Below are positions 21,258 to 32,199 of a DNA stretch of 64,000 bases, one piece after another. Below the pieces are notes generated by a model. It had not been told where the DNA came from. It was given only the letters and a program-made list of their open reading frames with translations, and searched no databases. Source of the DNA: Clostridia bacterium (GTDB taxonomy: Bacteria > Bacillota > Clostridia > Oscillospirales > CAG-272). Position 1 is the stretch's first letter. Each line of letters begins with the position of its first letter. Position numbers and translations under genes: made by a program. Location of the stretch: positions 39,522 to 103,521 of the forward strand of contig JAFQWY010000047.1 of NCBI GenBank assembly GCA_017407225.1. The letters are read 5' to 3'.

Positions 21258-21297
21258 GTCTTCGCAGTTCCCTGACGTTTCGATTCCAAATATTCTA

Positions 21298-21326
21298 TTG
21301 CAATCCTGCTGCATATATGCTATAAT
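21298..21326 (+). promoter_or_regulatory. Sigma-A promoter of the ABC operon
   Basis: TTGCAA-N17-TATAAT with extended TG. Confidence 0.75.
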
Positions 21327-21372
21327 TGAAATAAATAGAATGCACATCTGCTGCAGAAAGGGGGAGTCGGGA

Positions 21373-22962
21373 ATGTACCGGCTGAAAATCATTGTATCGG
21401 ATCTATACCGGCACGGACGGCGGAATCTCATTGCATGGTTTCTTCTGCTGTCCGTTCTGTCGGTTGTCTTCTGCGGTTTTTTCTATCGGGACTATGCAGG
21501 GGAGCAATGCCGGAAGGTTGCGGAAAAATACAAAGACCTCTGGTATGTCTCTTTCCGGGATGAGCTGCAGTACAATCCCGGGTATCCCCATCTCTCCGCT
21601 CTGGACGCCCGTCTCAACGGCACCTCCGGAAAAGGCGGAGTTCCGGATATCTTCTTCGACGCCGATGCCATGGCCGGATACAATCATCCGTATCCCGCTT
21701 CCCGTGAACTCTTCCGTGCTCTGGGAGAGTCGGAATACTGCGCGGATTATGAAATCGTGTATGCGGAAAACGCGTACGGATTTGCTGAGGATCTTCCCCC
21801 ACGGATGCAGGAAATTCTGAATGTGATTTACGCCTCCCATGAAGCGGATGAGGTTCCCTCAAAAATACTCACGGAGCATATTGTTGCGGGAGGCAGTCCG
21901 GATGCCTTCTGCCGGATCGCCCGTGAAATCACATCCGGGTATCTGTACGACTTCATTCTCCTGGAAGGCTCGGGAAATCCAGGTCCCGGTGAGTGTGCAA
22001 TCACGGATTTCTATGCGGAGATTTACGGTAAAAGTATCGGCGACCGGCTGGTTCTGAGCGATATCACCGGCGAAGTTCTGACCGAGCTTACCGTAACCGG
22101 GATTTACGGCGTTTATATGACGGACCGATACGAATCCGTTGATCCGCAGATTCCCAGAAGCGGTCATAAACTGACGGGATCCGATATCACCGGGGATTAC
22201 ACGGGAGCACCGGATCTCGGGACCCCCTTTGACCGTCTGGGAGAAGATCTGCGTGCAAAATCCTACTCGCAGGAGCACTATTTCGGCGAATACTTCCGGG
22301 TGGAAAACGCCATGCTCGGACTGATTCACACGGATTTCGATACAGCATATCACCTTTACGGCACAGCGTACACCGATCCCGATTTCGAAGAACGGCACCA
22401 TTTCAACAATTTTTTCGCGTACTATCGGCTGAAAAAAGAAACCGATCCCGCAGCCTTTGAAGCGGAAATGAAACGAATTTTCCCGGACTGCTTCGGGGAA
22501 GAGTTCACGGTATATCCGTTTGACAATTCCTATACCACTTTCCTCAGAATTCCGCAGAATCTTCTGAAGACCGCCGACAGCCTGATCATGATTGCCGGAA
22601 GTCTTACATTTCTTCTCTGCATGGTCGTGGGACTGATATCCGTCAGGGAGAACGGCAGAGAAACAGGGATTCTGCTGAGTCTGGGAATTCCGGATACGGA
22701 TATCGTCTTCAAAGCGGCCTGCGAAACCGCGCAGATTACGCTGACAGCGGCAGTCCCGTCCTCCCTCTGCGGCAGATTGGTTCACGCTGTTCTGTCGGAC
22801 GGGTATACCTATCTGGAGCTGTACGGAGCCGAATACGCAGTCACCGGAACCGGAGTTTTGTTTGCAGCCGGTGCTGTCATCGGCAGTTTCCTCACAACCG
22901 CACTGTTCACCATGCTCTATATCCGGATTCACACCCCGATCAAACTGATGAGACAGGACTGA
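21373..22962 (+). CDS. FtsX/MacB-type ABC permease with large extracellular domain
   Basis: One N-terminal TM, large loop, C-terminal RETGILLSLG plus 3 TMs. Confidence 0.8.
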   Translation: MYRLKIIVSDLYRHGRRNLIAWFLLLSVLSVVFCGFFYRDYAGEQCRKVAEKYKDLWYVSFRDELQYNPGYPHLSALDARLNGTSGKGGVPDIFFDADAMAGYNHPYPASRELFRALGESEYCADYEIVYAENAYGFAEDLPPRMQEILNVIYASHEADEVPSKILTEHIVAGGSPDAFCRIAREITSGYLYDFILLEGSGNPGPGECAITDFYAEIYGKSIGDRLVLSDITGEVLTELTVTGIYGVYMTDRYESVDPQIPRSGHKLTGSDITGDYTGAPDLGTPFDRLGEDLRAKSYSQEHYFGEYFRVENAMLGLIHTDFDTAYHLYGTAYTDPDFEERHHFNNFFAYYRLKKETDPAAFEAEMKRIFPDCFGEEFTVYPFDNSYTTFLRIPQNLLKTADSLIMIAGSLTFLLCMVVGLISVRENGRETGILLSLGIPDTDIVFKAACETAQITLTAAVPSSLCGRLVHAVLSDGYTYLELYGAEYAVTGTGVLFAAGAVIGSFLTTALFTMLYIRIHTPIKLMRQD

Positions 22963-22974
22963 GGGAGGTTAACA

Positions 22975-23607
22975 ATGTATCCCATACTGAATTCTTTGCG
23001 CAACATCCGCCGGCAGTACAGGCGATACCGTATTCTGGTGCCGCTCATACTGATCTGCGCGGTTCTGACCGGGATTTTCATGACCGCCGCAGTCCCATGC
23101 CGCCTGTATTCCGCAAGCAGAAGTCTGGCACCGCCGGATGTTGCCGACGAAAAAGCCGCGCTTCTCGCAGAGCAGGATGAACGCGCCCGGGAGCTCGGTG
23201 AATCTGCATCCATGCTGCAGTTCGGTGTCAGCCTGATCGGTGCCGCCGCAATCCTGTATGTGTCATCCCTCATGATCGGAGAGAGACTGTTTGATGTGGG
23301 GATTCTCTACTCCATAGGACTGTCAAGAGGGCAGATATTCCTTTCTCTCCTGATTGAACTGACAGCCGTATGCGGCATCACGCTCATCACCGGACTGACT
23401 CTGGGACGGCTGGGCGCGATCCTGTATCTGAAGCATGGAATCGCCGGACAGATTCTCCCGGCTCAGCTGACAAAGTATATGAGCGGCGGCATTTCCGGAC
23501 TGCTCTGTGTGATTGCGGCAGTGTGTATTCTTCTGCTGCCGGTTCTGGGACTTGCTGTAAAACTGATGAAAACGGATCCGAACGGCTTCCTGCGCGAACG
23601 GAAATAA
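22975..23607 (+). CDS. Small FtsX-like permease
   Basis: ERLFDVGILYSIGLSR FtsX motif, 4 TMs. Confidence 0.8.
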   Translation: MYPILNSLRNIRRQYRRYRILVPLILICAVLTGIFMTAAVPCRLYSASRSLAPPDVADEKAALLAEQDERARELGESASMLQFGVSLIGAAAILYVSSLMIGERLFDVGILYSIGLSRGQIFLSLLIELTAVCGITLITGLTLGRLGAILYLKHGIAGQILPAQLTKYMSGGISGLLCVIAAVCILLLPVLGLAVKLMKTDPNGFLRERK

Positions 23608-23616
23608 GGAGCAGCC

Positions 23617-24282
23617 ATGATTCAACTGAACAATATCCGTAAAACCTATAGAACCCGCCATGATACCCTGGAAGTGCTGAGAGGAATCACACTGACAATC
23701 CCGGAGCGCTCTCTGGTAATGCTTCTCGGAGAATCGGGCAGCGGAAAAAGTACTCTCTGCAATATTCTCGGACTTCTGGATACCCCTACCTCCGGTGAAT
23801 ACCTGTGGAACGGTACGGCCGTTCATACATTGTCCCCTGCCGAACGAACGAAACTGCGGCGAAATCATGTCGGCTTTATCTTCCAGAGCTTCAATCTGAT
23901 TCCCACCATGACTGCTTTTGAGAACATCGAGCTTCCACTGGGGTACCGGAAGTATCCGAAGGCCGACAGAACCTTTCTGGCTGAAAACGCACTGAAATCG
24001 GTGGGGCTGTACGATCGTGCAAAGCATCTGCCTTCCGAGCTGTCCGGAGGCGAACAGCAGCGGATTGCCATAGCCCGCGCTCTTGTGATGAATCCCGCCC
24101 TCCTGATCGCAGATGAGCCCACCGGCAACCTTGATAAAAATACGGCAGGAGAAATCATGTCGCTCCTCACGGAAGCAAGCCGGGAGAAAACGGTATTCAT
24201 GGTAACCCATAACGAAGAACTGACTTCATATGCCGGCCTTGTGATCCGGATGCATCACGGGGAGATAACGGCAGAATTCTGA
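23617..24282 (+). CDS. ABC transporter ATP-binding protein (LolD/MacB type)
   Basis: GESGSGKST, LSGGEQQR, ADEPTGNLD, VTH. Confidence 0.95.
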   Translation: MIQLNNIRKTYRTRHDTLEVLRGITLTIPERSLVMLLGESGSGKSTLCNILGLLDTPTSGEYLWNGTAVHTLSPAERTKLRRNHVGFIFQSFNLIPTMTAFENIELPLGYRKYPKADRTFLAENALKSVGLYDRAKHLPSELSGGEQQRIAIARALVMNPALLIADEPTGNLDKNTAGEIMSLLTEASREKTVFMVTHNEELTSYAGLVIRMHHGEITAEF

Positions 24283-24310
24283 TTTTTGACTTCTGGAAAC
24301 ACACATAACA

Positions 24311-24351
24311 AAAACAGGCCGCCGTACCGGTTGGGTACAGCGACCTGTTTT
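24311..24351. terminator. Bidirectional terminator
   Basis: AAAACAGG...CCTGTTTT hairpin between convergent genes. Confidence 0.75.
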
Positions 24352-24384
24352 ATTCAGTTGGGATGATTCTGATTCAGTGACTGC

Positions 24385-27300
24385 TTACTTGCCCCAGGAC
24401 TGAGCCAGCTTGACAACCTGTACTTCGTCCAGAACGGTGGAGTAAATGTTCACAGCCGAAACAGTACCCTTGTGGTATGCTTCACCGGTACCGCCGCTGC
24501 TGGAGTCCGCACCGATGCTCATGTACTGTGCAGCTTCATTGGACGGGAAGGTAATGGAGCCTTCGCAGGCTTCTTCTTCCACAAGGAAGCCGTTGATGTA
24601 GCACTTGATGGTCTGACCGTCGTAGGTACCTACAAAGTGAATGTCTTCACCCAGATTGATGTAGCCTGCGGGATGGTGGTAGGAGCCGTTGATGCTGATA
24701 TAGAACTGGGATTCGCCAGTGTCGTTGGTCTCGATACCGAAGCCGCCGCCCTGCATATTGGAAACAGGATTCACATAGCCGCCGGTGTATTCGTCATACT
24801 TGAGAACAACTTCAAAGGTCACGGACTGTGCGATCTTTTCGTAGAAGTTCTTGAATTCGTTGAACTTGTAGTTGGATGCGCCGTCGAATACGCCGATGTA
24901 TCTGTCATACTGTTCGCTGAATTCCACTGCGGGAGTGCCGAGAGCTTCCAGAACGGTGCCGGAAACTGCGTCAACTGCGGAGCCGTCTTCCTTGAATTCC
25001 ACGGAGAGAACGTCGGCTGCAGGTACTTCCGCTGCTGCGATGTCAGCCTGGGAGATCTTGTACTTGCCGTACAGTGCGGATACCATGGATGCATCGAATA
25101 CAGTGGAGTATACATTGGTGGTTGCTACGGTACCCTTGTGATATGCTTCACCGGTGCCGTCGGAGCTGGAGTCCGCGCCGATGCTCATGTACTGTGCGTT
25201 TTCATTGGACGGGAAGGTGATGGAGCCGATGCAGGCTTCTTCTTCCTGGAGAACGCCGTTGATGTAGCACTTGATGGTCTGACCGTCGTAGGTACCTACA
25301 AAGTGGATATCCTGACCCAGGTCGATGTAGCCGGAAGGATGATGGTAAGTGCCGTCGATGCTGATGTAGAACTGCATCTCACCGGTGTTGTTGGTTTCGA
25401 TACCGAAGCCGCCGCCCTGCATATTGGAAACGGAGTTCACATAGCTGCCGGTGTATTCGTCATACTTCAGAACGGTTTCGAAGGTTACGGACTGTGCGAT
25501 CTTTTCGTAGAAGTTCTTGAATTCGTTGAACTTGTAGTTGGATGCGCCGTCGAATACGCCGACGTACTTGCCGTACTGTTCGCTGTATTCGGTCTTGGGA
25601 GTGCCGAGAGCTTCCAGAGTTGTGCCGGAAACTGCGTCAACTGCGGAGCCGTCTTCCTTGAACTCAACGGAAAGAACGTCGGGAGCGGGAAGTGCGCCGG
25701 TGTAAGCGGGAGCTGCTACCTTAACGGCTGCTGCAGCTTCTTCTTCCATCTTTTCCACTTCGGCTGCCAGGTCAGCGCCGGGATAGCTCAGGTAGAGAGC
25801 CGCGATTTCGGATTCGGTGAGAGCCTTGGTGTAGATGTTTGCGCTTGCAATGGCACCGGTCATATGTGCGGCGCTCATGTAGTCGGGGCTGGAGTCAGCG
25901 CCTACGCAGAGGTATTCGGATGCCTGAGGCATTTCGATGACGCCGGGAACTTCCACTTCGTCATTGAGGATACCGTTGACGTAGAACTTCAGCTTTTCTC
26001 CGTCATAGGTTGCAGCGTAGTGGTACCATTCGCCGAAGTTGATCTTCTTGGTACCGATGTACTGGTAGGAACCGTTGATTCTTGCGGCAAACTGCATGAT
26101 GCCCTGACCGCACTGATATTCGAAGCCGAAGCCGCCCTGTTCGAAGTTCGCGAAGGGGTTGACGTAGGAGCCGCTTGCTTCGTCCAGTCTTACATAGGTT
26201 TCGAGGGTGATGGCGGTGTTAACGGTTTCGTAGAAGTTGAAGAAGTCGGTGTAGAGGTAGTCGGTCTGACCGTCGAAGATACCGATGTAGCGTTCGAGAG
26301 TGTCGCTGTATTCGGTGGTAGGAGTACCGTTATAGTCCAGGACGGTTTCGGAAACCTTATCGATTGCTTCGCCGTCGGTCTTGAACTCGATGGAGAATAC
26401 GTCGGGCTGGGGCAGATCGCCGGTAGCAGCCACAACAGCTTCTTCGGGAGTGGTGAAGGTCACGCTGATAGGTTCGGATTCCTTACCCCAGCAGCTGACT
26501 GCGAAAATCTTAATGGTGTATTCGGTCAGTGCGGTGAGGGAGTCAAAGGATGCTTCCAGCTTTTCGGGAGCGGGGAAGTAGAAATTGCATGCAAGACGGT
26601 AGTCACGCTTCAGGAGAGAATCGCCCTGATACAGTTCCACGCGGTAATTCTGAACCTGTTCGCCGCCCTGTGCCTGGGGGAATTCCACAGCAACTCTCAT
26701 ACGGTTGAGATTGATGATGTCGATCTTAGCATCGGCTGCGAATGCGGGAGCTTCCGCTGCGTCCGCACGGGCATCGGTGTAGGTGAACTTGGAAGGATCG
26801 CCCACGGAGCGGAAGTAAATGGGATCCATCATGAAGGTTCCGGAGAGCAGGTCATAGCCCTGAACCTTGATGGCATTGTTGGCGTCAACTTCAACGATGT
26901 AGTACTGAGCCGCGTCACGGGATGCACGGCCGGTACCGATGGCACCCTTATTGTTCTTGGGGAATACATTGGCGGTCTGTACGCCTACAAGGTCGCATTC
27001 GTAGTAGCTGAGGGTACCGGTACCCAGAGCGGTGAAATCACCCTGCCATACGGAACGGGGGTCATTCATGGGGAAGTGGGAGTGACCGGAGAAGTCAACA
27101 ACCTGAGGATACTTCTTCAGGATATCGGTCAGATCGGTAACACCCCAGTTGATGGAGCCGAGAACGGTGTTTGTGATGTGATGGTGCTGGAACACGAAGA
27201 TAGGCTTCTTGCCGGTGGGATCGTCAGCTGCGGCAGCTTCCAGTTCCTTTGCCAGCCATGTCTGCTTTTCTGCGCTGTATCCGTTGCCTTCACCGTCTGC

Positions 27301-27966
27301 GGATACCATGATGAAGTGATAGCCTTCGATTACCACATGGGTATCGTCATCTTCATAGCCAAGTGCTTCCTTCAGATTGGGAACGGTGGTGGTAACGTCG
27401 CCGTTGTAGAATTCGTGGTTGCCGAGGGATACACGGGTAATGGTGTAATCCTGGTCGTTCTTGGCCACGATCTTGGCGAACTTTTTCATGGAGGAGAGAG
27501 TACCGTAGTTGGTGAAGTCGCCTGCGAAGAATACCGCGTCGAGAGCCTTGTAGCTTTCGTGTGCATCGGAGTATGCATATGCGGTCTTGTAGAGGTTAGC
27601 GAGGCGTTCATCTTCCGCTTCGGAGTTGCTGTCGTCAATGTGTACGTCGCTGGCAGCAACAAAGCGGATCACGGGACGGAAATAGCTTCCGAAGTATTCC
27701 TCATCACTCATTGCAGCCAGGGCGTCGGCTGCCGGGAGGGGATCAAGTTCAACGGGAGCGGGTTTGGTTTCCTGCGGTTCGGTTTCGGGGGGAGTGGTTT
27801 CGGGTGCGGCGGTTTCGGTGTCTTCCGCAGTGTCAGGAGCATTTGTCTCAACAGCGGGGGCAGTATCCTTGGTTTCGCCGGTTTCGCTGCCGGAATTACA
27901 AGCGGCAAAATTCAGGCAAAGCAGGGACGCACACAAAAACGCCAGAGTTCTTTTCAGAATTGTCAT
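24385..27966 (-). CDS. Lipoprotein: calcineurin-like metallophosphoesterase + FN3 + three LamG-like domains
   Basis: Lipobox FAAC; SDVH, GDFTN, GNHE, GHSH; LamG motifs WYHYAATYDG..KFYVNG and HFVGTYDG..CYING. Confidence 0.85.
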   Translation of the reverse strand: MTILKRTLAFLCASLLCLNFAACNSGSETGETKDTAPAVETNAPDTAEDTETAAPETTPPETEPQETKPAPVELDPLPAADALAAMSDEEYFGSYFRPVIRFVAASDVHIDDSNSEAEDERLANLYKTAYAYSDAHESYKALDAVFFAGDFTNYGTLSSMKKFAKIVAKNDQDYTITRVSLGNHEFYNGDVTTTVPNLKEALGYEDDDTHVVIEGYHFIMVSADGEGNGYSAEKQTWLAKELEAAAADDPTGKKPIFVFQHHHITNTVLGSINWGVTDLTDILKKYPQVVDFSGHSHFPMNDPRSVWQGDFTALGTGTLSYYECDLVGVQTANVFPKNNKGAIGTGRASRDAAQYYIVEVDANNAIKVQGYDLLSGTFMMDPIYFRSVGDPSKFTYTDARADAAEAPAFAADAKIDIINLNRMRVAVEFPQAQGGEQVQNYRVELYQGDSLLKRDYRLACNFYFPAPEKLEASFDSLTALTEYTIKIFAVSCWGKESEPISVTFTTPEEAVVAATGDLPQPDVFSIEFKTDGEAIDKVSETVLDYNGTPTTEYSDTLERYIGIFDGQTDYLYTDFFNFYETVNTAITLETYVRLDEASGSYVNPFANFEQGGFGFEYQCGQGIMQFAARINGSYQYIGTKKINFGEWYHYAATYDGEKLKFYVNGILNDEVEVPGVIEMPQASEYLCVGADSSPDYMSAAHMTGAIASANIYTKALTESEIAALYLSYPGADLAAEVEKMEEEAAAAVKVAAPAYTGALPAPDVLSVEFKEDGSAVDAVSGTTLEALGTPKTEYSEQYGKYVGVFDGASNYKFNEFKNFYEKIAQSVTFETVLKYDEYTGSYVNSVSNMQGGGFGIETNNTGEMQFYISIDGTYHHPSGYIDLGQDIHFVGTYDGQTIKCYINGVLQEEEACIGSITFPSNENAQYMSIGADSSSDGTGEAYHKGTVATTNVYSTVFDASMVSALYGKYKISQADIAAAEVPAADVLSVEFKEDGSAVDAVSGTVLEALGTPAVEFSEQYDRYIGVFDGASNYKFNEFKNFYEKIAQSVTFEVVLKYDEYTGGYVNPVSNMQGGGFGIETNDTGESQFYISINGSYHHPAGYINLGEDIHFVGTYDGQTIKCYINGFLVEEEACEGSITFPSNEAAQYMSIGADSSSGGTGEAYHKGTVSAVNIYSTVLDEVQVVKLAQSWGK
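24425..25690 (-). repeat. Intragenic tandem duplication (period 666 bp) of a LamG domain
   Basis: GATGTAGCACTTGATGGTCTGACCGTCGTAGGTACCTACAAAGTG at both 24595 and 25261. Confidence 0.9.
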
Positions 27967-28138
27967 GTCGGTATTCCTTTCTGAGAATGGATTTCGTTTT
28001 CATGAATTTTCTCCGAAAAATCCATGATGAACTGATTGGATCTATTATAGCATAAAATTCTCCGGAAGTCACTATTAATTGGATACTTTTTATAAAATAA
28101 TTTTGAATAATCTTGAATCATCATAAATGAAAGGACAG

Positions 28139-28173
28139 AAAAAACCCGGAATCCTCTCGGAAACCGGGCTCTG
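28139..28173 (-). terminator. Rho-independent terminator after the SBP gene
   Basis: Minus strand CCCGGTTTCC...GGATTCCGGG followed by a T run. Confidence 0.65.
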
Positions 28174-28179
28174 TATTGT

Positions 28180-29694
28180 TTATGATTCTTCTTCCACGGT
28201 GTAATAGCCTGCGATCTTTTCCACGGACTTGTTCAGTGCCTTGCGGATCTTGGCGTATCTGGAGGAGATATCGGTAATCTTTTCGCGGAGCAAGTCGCGG
28301 AACATATAGGGCAGTCCCTGGAATTCGCTGTCGCCGAACAGGAAGGAGAAGTCGAAGTTTCTGCCGGCGAGAACCAGGTCAACCATGTTGGCGGTATCCT
28401 TGTCCACGGAATACTTGCCCTTGAGTGCGATGTCGTAGTACTGGGGGAATACGGAACGATAGGATTCCGCCGCCAGCGCTTCGGTGATGATGCCGATGAA
28501 CGGCAGGGATTCGTCGGTCTTGAAGGCGGGAATTCCCAGAACCGTGTACTGGTCGCGTGCGTTGGTCAGGTACCTCTCCTGTGCTTCGTCCCACTTGGGA
28601 TAGGGCACGATGCCGTAAGCGGATTCCATGTAGCGGTAGCTGTTGAAGGCATCGTTGAAAATGGAGGGGATCATGATAACGTCGCCGTTGACGAACATGG
28701 TCACTTCATATTCCGCAGCCGCCATGGCATAGGTTCCCACGGAGTTATAGTAGAAATCGAAGATCTTCTCGAAGGCCGCAACGGTCTTGTCCGTCATGAA
28801 CACAACCGTGGGGAATCCGTTTTCGTCCTTGCCGGTGATGGGCTGGTCAAATGCGGCAAGCCATGCATCGGAGCTGATGCCGGGATGGGCCGCGTAGCCG
28901 AACACGTCCTCGTTGCCCTTCTTGCCGTCGCCGTCGGTGTCCTCGTAAATGGAGGAAGTGGTCTCGATCAGCCTGTCGATGGTCCAGGTGCCTTCGTAAA
29001 CGTAGTTGTACAGCATCTCGGGTGTGATGCCGTAGTCCGCCGCCAGATCAATGTTGAAGAACATGGCATAGGTGTTCAGCAGGGAGGAAACGTTGATATC
29101 CCCGGTCGCCGTGTACAGGATTCCCTTGATGGTATTGGATTCATTGGCCAGCTGGTTCCACCAGGGCTGAGTGAAGTCCACGTGCTCCACTTCGTTCCAG
29201 TTCCGGTAAACGTGCGCCCGGATGGGGGTGGAGGATTTCCATGCACAGTGGGATGCCACTTCGTAAGCGTCGGTTCCTGCGGTCACCAATTTGGCAACGT
29301 CGCTGGTGATGGCGCCCAGGGATTCGTAATCCACGGATGTGATGGAAATGTCAAACCGGTCCTCGATCTTGATGTTCCGGTTGTAGACCGCATCGTTTGC
29401 GCCCTCGCCGTTCAGCTCTTCGCTGTAGAATTCGTACTTGTTGCTGATCTGCTGAGCAGCGCGGAATTCCTGACCGTCGAAGGTGATCCCGGGCAGATTG
29501 TCGGGGATATTGGCACGGCTGATTTCGGTCTCGGTTTCTTCCGCCGCATCTTCGGATTCCGATGCCGCCGTATCCGCTGTCACAGCATCCTGCACCGCCG
29601 CATCGGTCTCACCGCCGCCCGCATTTTCGCTGCACGCCGTCAGGGAGGACAGAAGCATCAGAACGGCAAGGATGAACGCACCTGTTCTTTTCAT
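28180..29694 (-). CDS. Extracellular solute-binding lipoprotein (carbohydrate ABC type, no adjacent permeases)
   Basis: Lipobox LTAC, DAVYNRN, GTWTID, GIVPYPKWDEAQ. Confidence 0.85.
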   Translation of the reverse strand: MKRTGAFILAVLMLLSSLTACSENAGGGETDAAVQDAVTADTAASESEDAAEETETEISRANIPDNLPGITFDGQEFRAAQQISNKYEFYSEELNGEGANDAVYNRNIKIEDRFDISITSVDYESLGAITSDVAKLVTAGTDAYEVASHCAWKSSTPIRAHVYRNWNEVEHVDFTQPWWNQLANESNTIKGILYTATGDINVSSLLNTYAMFFNIDLAADYGITPEMLYNYVYEGTWTIDRLIETTSSIYEDTDGDGKKGNEDVFGYAAHPGISSDAWLAAFDQPITGKDENGFPTVVFMTDKTVAAFEKIFDFYYNSVGTYAMAAAEYEVTMFVNGDVIMIPSIFNDAFNSYRYMESAYGIVPYPKWDEAQERYLTNARDQYTVLGIPAFKTDESLPFIGIITEALAAESYRSVFPQYYDIALKGKYSVDKDTANMVDLVLAGRNFDFSFLFGDSEFQGLPYMFRDLLREKITDISSRYAKIRKALNKSVEKIAGYYTVEEES

Positions 29695-29841
29695 ATTTTT
29701 ATTTCCTTATCTTTATAACAATCAGATTGGGCCGATGTAACCGACTCTGTTCCATGATAGCATTGCAGAGCAGACAAAGCAAGCCAATACTTGCCGGGAA
29801 TCGGACAGAAAATTACATTTTTACCGCACGGATGCCATGCA

Positions 29842-32199
29842 TCACAGTTCCACTGCCGCAATGCTGTACGGAGGCAGTTTTACGGTCACTCTGCCGTCCC
29901 CTTCCCCGGAAACGGAATCGGAAACCGTGATCCGGCTGGGATTTTCCGCTGTATTGACGGCATCCTTCGCCGCATTCAGCATGGTCACACAGTACGGAAT
30001 TCTGCCGCCGCGGCCGGAGAGGAGAATCTCCGCATCTTCCTCCGCGTCGGAACGGTTGAGGAGGAAGACGGAGATTTTCTCACCGTCGGTCATCACAGCG
30101 GCGTTGAACCGGGCATCGATGATATCCTCATTGAAAGCGAGCTTTTCCGGCAGCCATGCCTTTTCCAGCAGAAGATTCAGAAGCCCCGGCGCCTGATACC
30201 ACACACTGCGGTTGTTCATGAACAGAAGTCCCTGGTCCCAGTTGTTGTCGTTGTGCTTATCCACCTGCAGACAGTTTGCACTGCACATATAGGGCAGGAT
30301 TTCGCTGTGCCGGATGGCTTCCAGAATTGCATAGGCATTGGCGGCGGCGCGTTCCATGTCATGAGCGTTTGCGTTGAGCTCGTACACGCACAGCTTTACA
30401 CCGCTCTCCGGCACCAGCTTTTCCAGATTTTCATACAGGGACCATGCCGCAGCGGGGAACGGCAGAGGTGAATCCCCGTGCTCCGACCACCAGTGAATGT
30501 CAATGTATACCTTTCCCGCCTGTCCGCTGTCTTTCGCAAACTGCAGAATCCGTTCGTGGGGATGGAGCGTGGTAATGCCGGAAGCATTGGAGTTTTCGGG
30601 AAGCCGATAGGGATCTTCCGTGATTTTTTTGTACTCAAAGTCGCCCAGAGCCATGATGATTTCCGGATTCACCGACCACACGCCGCGGCAGGCAGCGATG
30701 AACCGGTCGGCAAAATCCTCGTCCACACGTTCTTCGTTGCCGAACTGGATGAATTTCAGCTTGTACGGCTGGGGATGAGCGGATTTCATGCGCAGCTGCA
30801 CCCATTCGTCGTTTTCGTCCGTGCCCAGTGCATACCGCGCGAAGTCACGCATATCCTCTTCGGTTTCGTAACCGTTGAAATCCGGAACGCACTCCACGCC
30901 CAGCTTTTCGCACAGCTCGATGAATTCGAGAATTCCGAAGCCGAAGGAGGACTCGGGATACCAGAACCCCTTGTAAACCGGACGGAATTCCGGCTCTCCG
31001 GTCATCTTCTTCCAGAGATATTCCCGTGCATTTGCCATGCATCCGCCGAACCGGAGAATGGAGATGCCCATGTTTTCCAGCCCTTCGCCCACATCACGGC
31101 GCACATGCATACCCTTGTACAGTCCCCATTCATCCGGCTCAAGGAATGCGTATCCCAGGGCGATTTCTCCGTTTTCGATCGTCACTGCGAAGGATCCGTC
31201 GATTTCTTCCGTCGGGGAGGTAAGCGTGAAGGCGTATTTCGCCCAGTCACCGCTTGCTTTGAATGTATTGTCTGCGTGAACCGCCGTGCAGTCGGAATTC
31301 CGCAGGGACACGGTCACGTCGGTTTCTTTTTCCGCACGGATGTACAGATATCCGCGGTAGGGCTTGTCTGCTGCAAAATACATTCCGGATTTGTTCAGCC
31401 CCCGGTTGTATACACCGGTTTCGGAGCCGTCTGCGCGCAGGGTCTGGCTGTGACAGTTTCTGAAGCTGTCACCGAAGCCGCAGGAGTCCGCATCCCCGCC
31501 CAGAGGAAGCCACATTTTCGATACCTGGGGCAGGATCTTTTTCTGAGGAATGGCAACGGGTACTCCGTCGATGGTGATATCGGTGATCTCGGCCGCTGTC
31601 TGCCAGCACCTCAGTCCCAGCTTCCCGGAGAGGATGGGATCATCGTCGGTGAAGTCGATATATTCTGTTCCGTCCACGGATACCCGGATGCGGCCGCCCT
31701 CCAGAGAAGCGGAGAGAACAACGGTATCCCCCTCTCCCACCGGTACGGGAACATCCTGCAGGAGGACGAAATTGTTCCGGTGACGTGCCAGACGGACGAT
31801 GCCGCCGCCCACCGCGATCTCATAGCCTGTGAAGGCATCCGCACCGTTCTTCGCATCGGATACCCGTGCGGTAAATCCCGCCAGACCGTTTCCGCCGAGG
31901 TGAATCTTCGCGCTGACGGTGCAGTTCTGCATTTCTGTATCGCGGAACACCAGCTTGGGACCGGATCCTTCCCGTCCGCAGCTCACCCGGTTTCCGTCAA
32001 TGTCCCATGTGGCGCCCAGGACCGTCAGCCGCTCCCTGTCCATGCCGCTTTCCGCAGGCTCCGCGAAGGATTCCCCGAAAATCATCTGGGACCAGATCCC
32101 GCCGTAGAGCTCATGATTCACATCCTCCATGCAGGCTCCCCGCAGCCACGGAGACACACTGCCGGTCGTTTTTTCCGTATTGATTCTGATTTGCTTCAT
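29842..32199 (-). CDS. GH51 alpha-L-arabinofuranosidase-like enzyme with an inserted DUF1080-like domain
   Basis: MEDVNHELYGG, LRFGG, FGNEE, VYELN, C-terminal NTAENPSRI...LPPYS. Confidence 0.8.
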   Translation of the reverse strand: MKQIRINTEKTTGSVSPWLRGACMEDVNHELYGGIWSQMIFGESFAEPAESGMDRERLTVLGATWDIDGNRVSCGREGSGPKLVFRDTEMQNCTVSAKIHLGGNGLAGFTARVSDAKNGADAFTGYEIAVGGGIVRLARHRNNFVLLQDVPVPVGEGDTVVLSASLEGGRIRVSVDGTEYIDFTDDDPILSGKLGLRCWQTAAEITDITIDGVPVAIPQKKILPQVSKMWLPLGGDADSCGFGDSFRNCHSQTLRADGSETGVYNRGLNKSGMYFAADKPYRGYLYIRAEKETDVTVSLRNSDCTAVHADNTFKASGDWAKYAFTLTSPTEEIDGSFAVTIENGEIALGYAFLEPDEWGLYKGMHVRRDVGEGLENMGISILRFGGCMANAREYLWKKMTGEPEFRPVYKGFWYPESSFGFGILEFIELCEKLGVECVPDFNGYETEEDMRDFARYALGTDENDEWVQLRMKSAHPQPYKLKFIQFGNEERVDEDFADRFIAACRGVWSVNPEIIMALGDFEYKKITEDPYRLPENSNASGITTLHPHERILQFAKDSGQAGKVYIDIHWWSEHGDSPLPFPAAAWSLYENLEKLVPESGVKLCVYELNANAHDMERAAANAYAILEAIRHSEILPYMCSANCLQVDKHNDNNWDQGLLFMNNRSVWYQAPGLLNLLLEKAWLPEKLAFNEDIIDARFNAAVMTDGEKISVFLLNRSDAEEDAEILLSGRGGRIPYCVTMLNAAKDAVNTAENPSRITVSDSVSGEGDGRVTVKLPPYSIAAVEL

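Noticed and set aside
21201-21260. Frameshifted or read-through dockerin after the X-module-like tails (also checked after 43998)
   Set aside because: The downstream DNA is a terminator hairpin with no GDxNxDG-type coding in any frame.
24472-27984. 1170-aa ORF on the + strand
   Set aside because: Antisense shadow of the strongly codon-biased phosphoesterase gene; no motifs or RBS.
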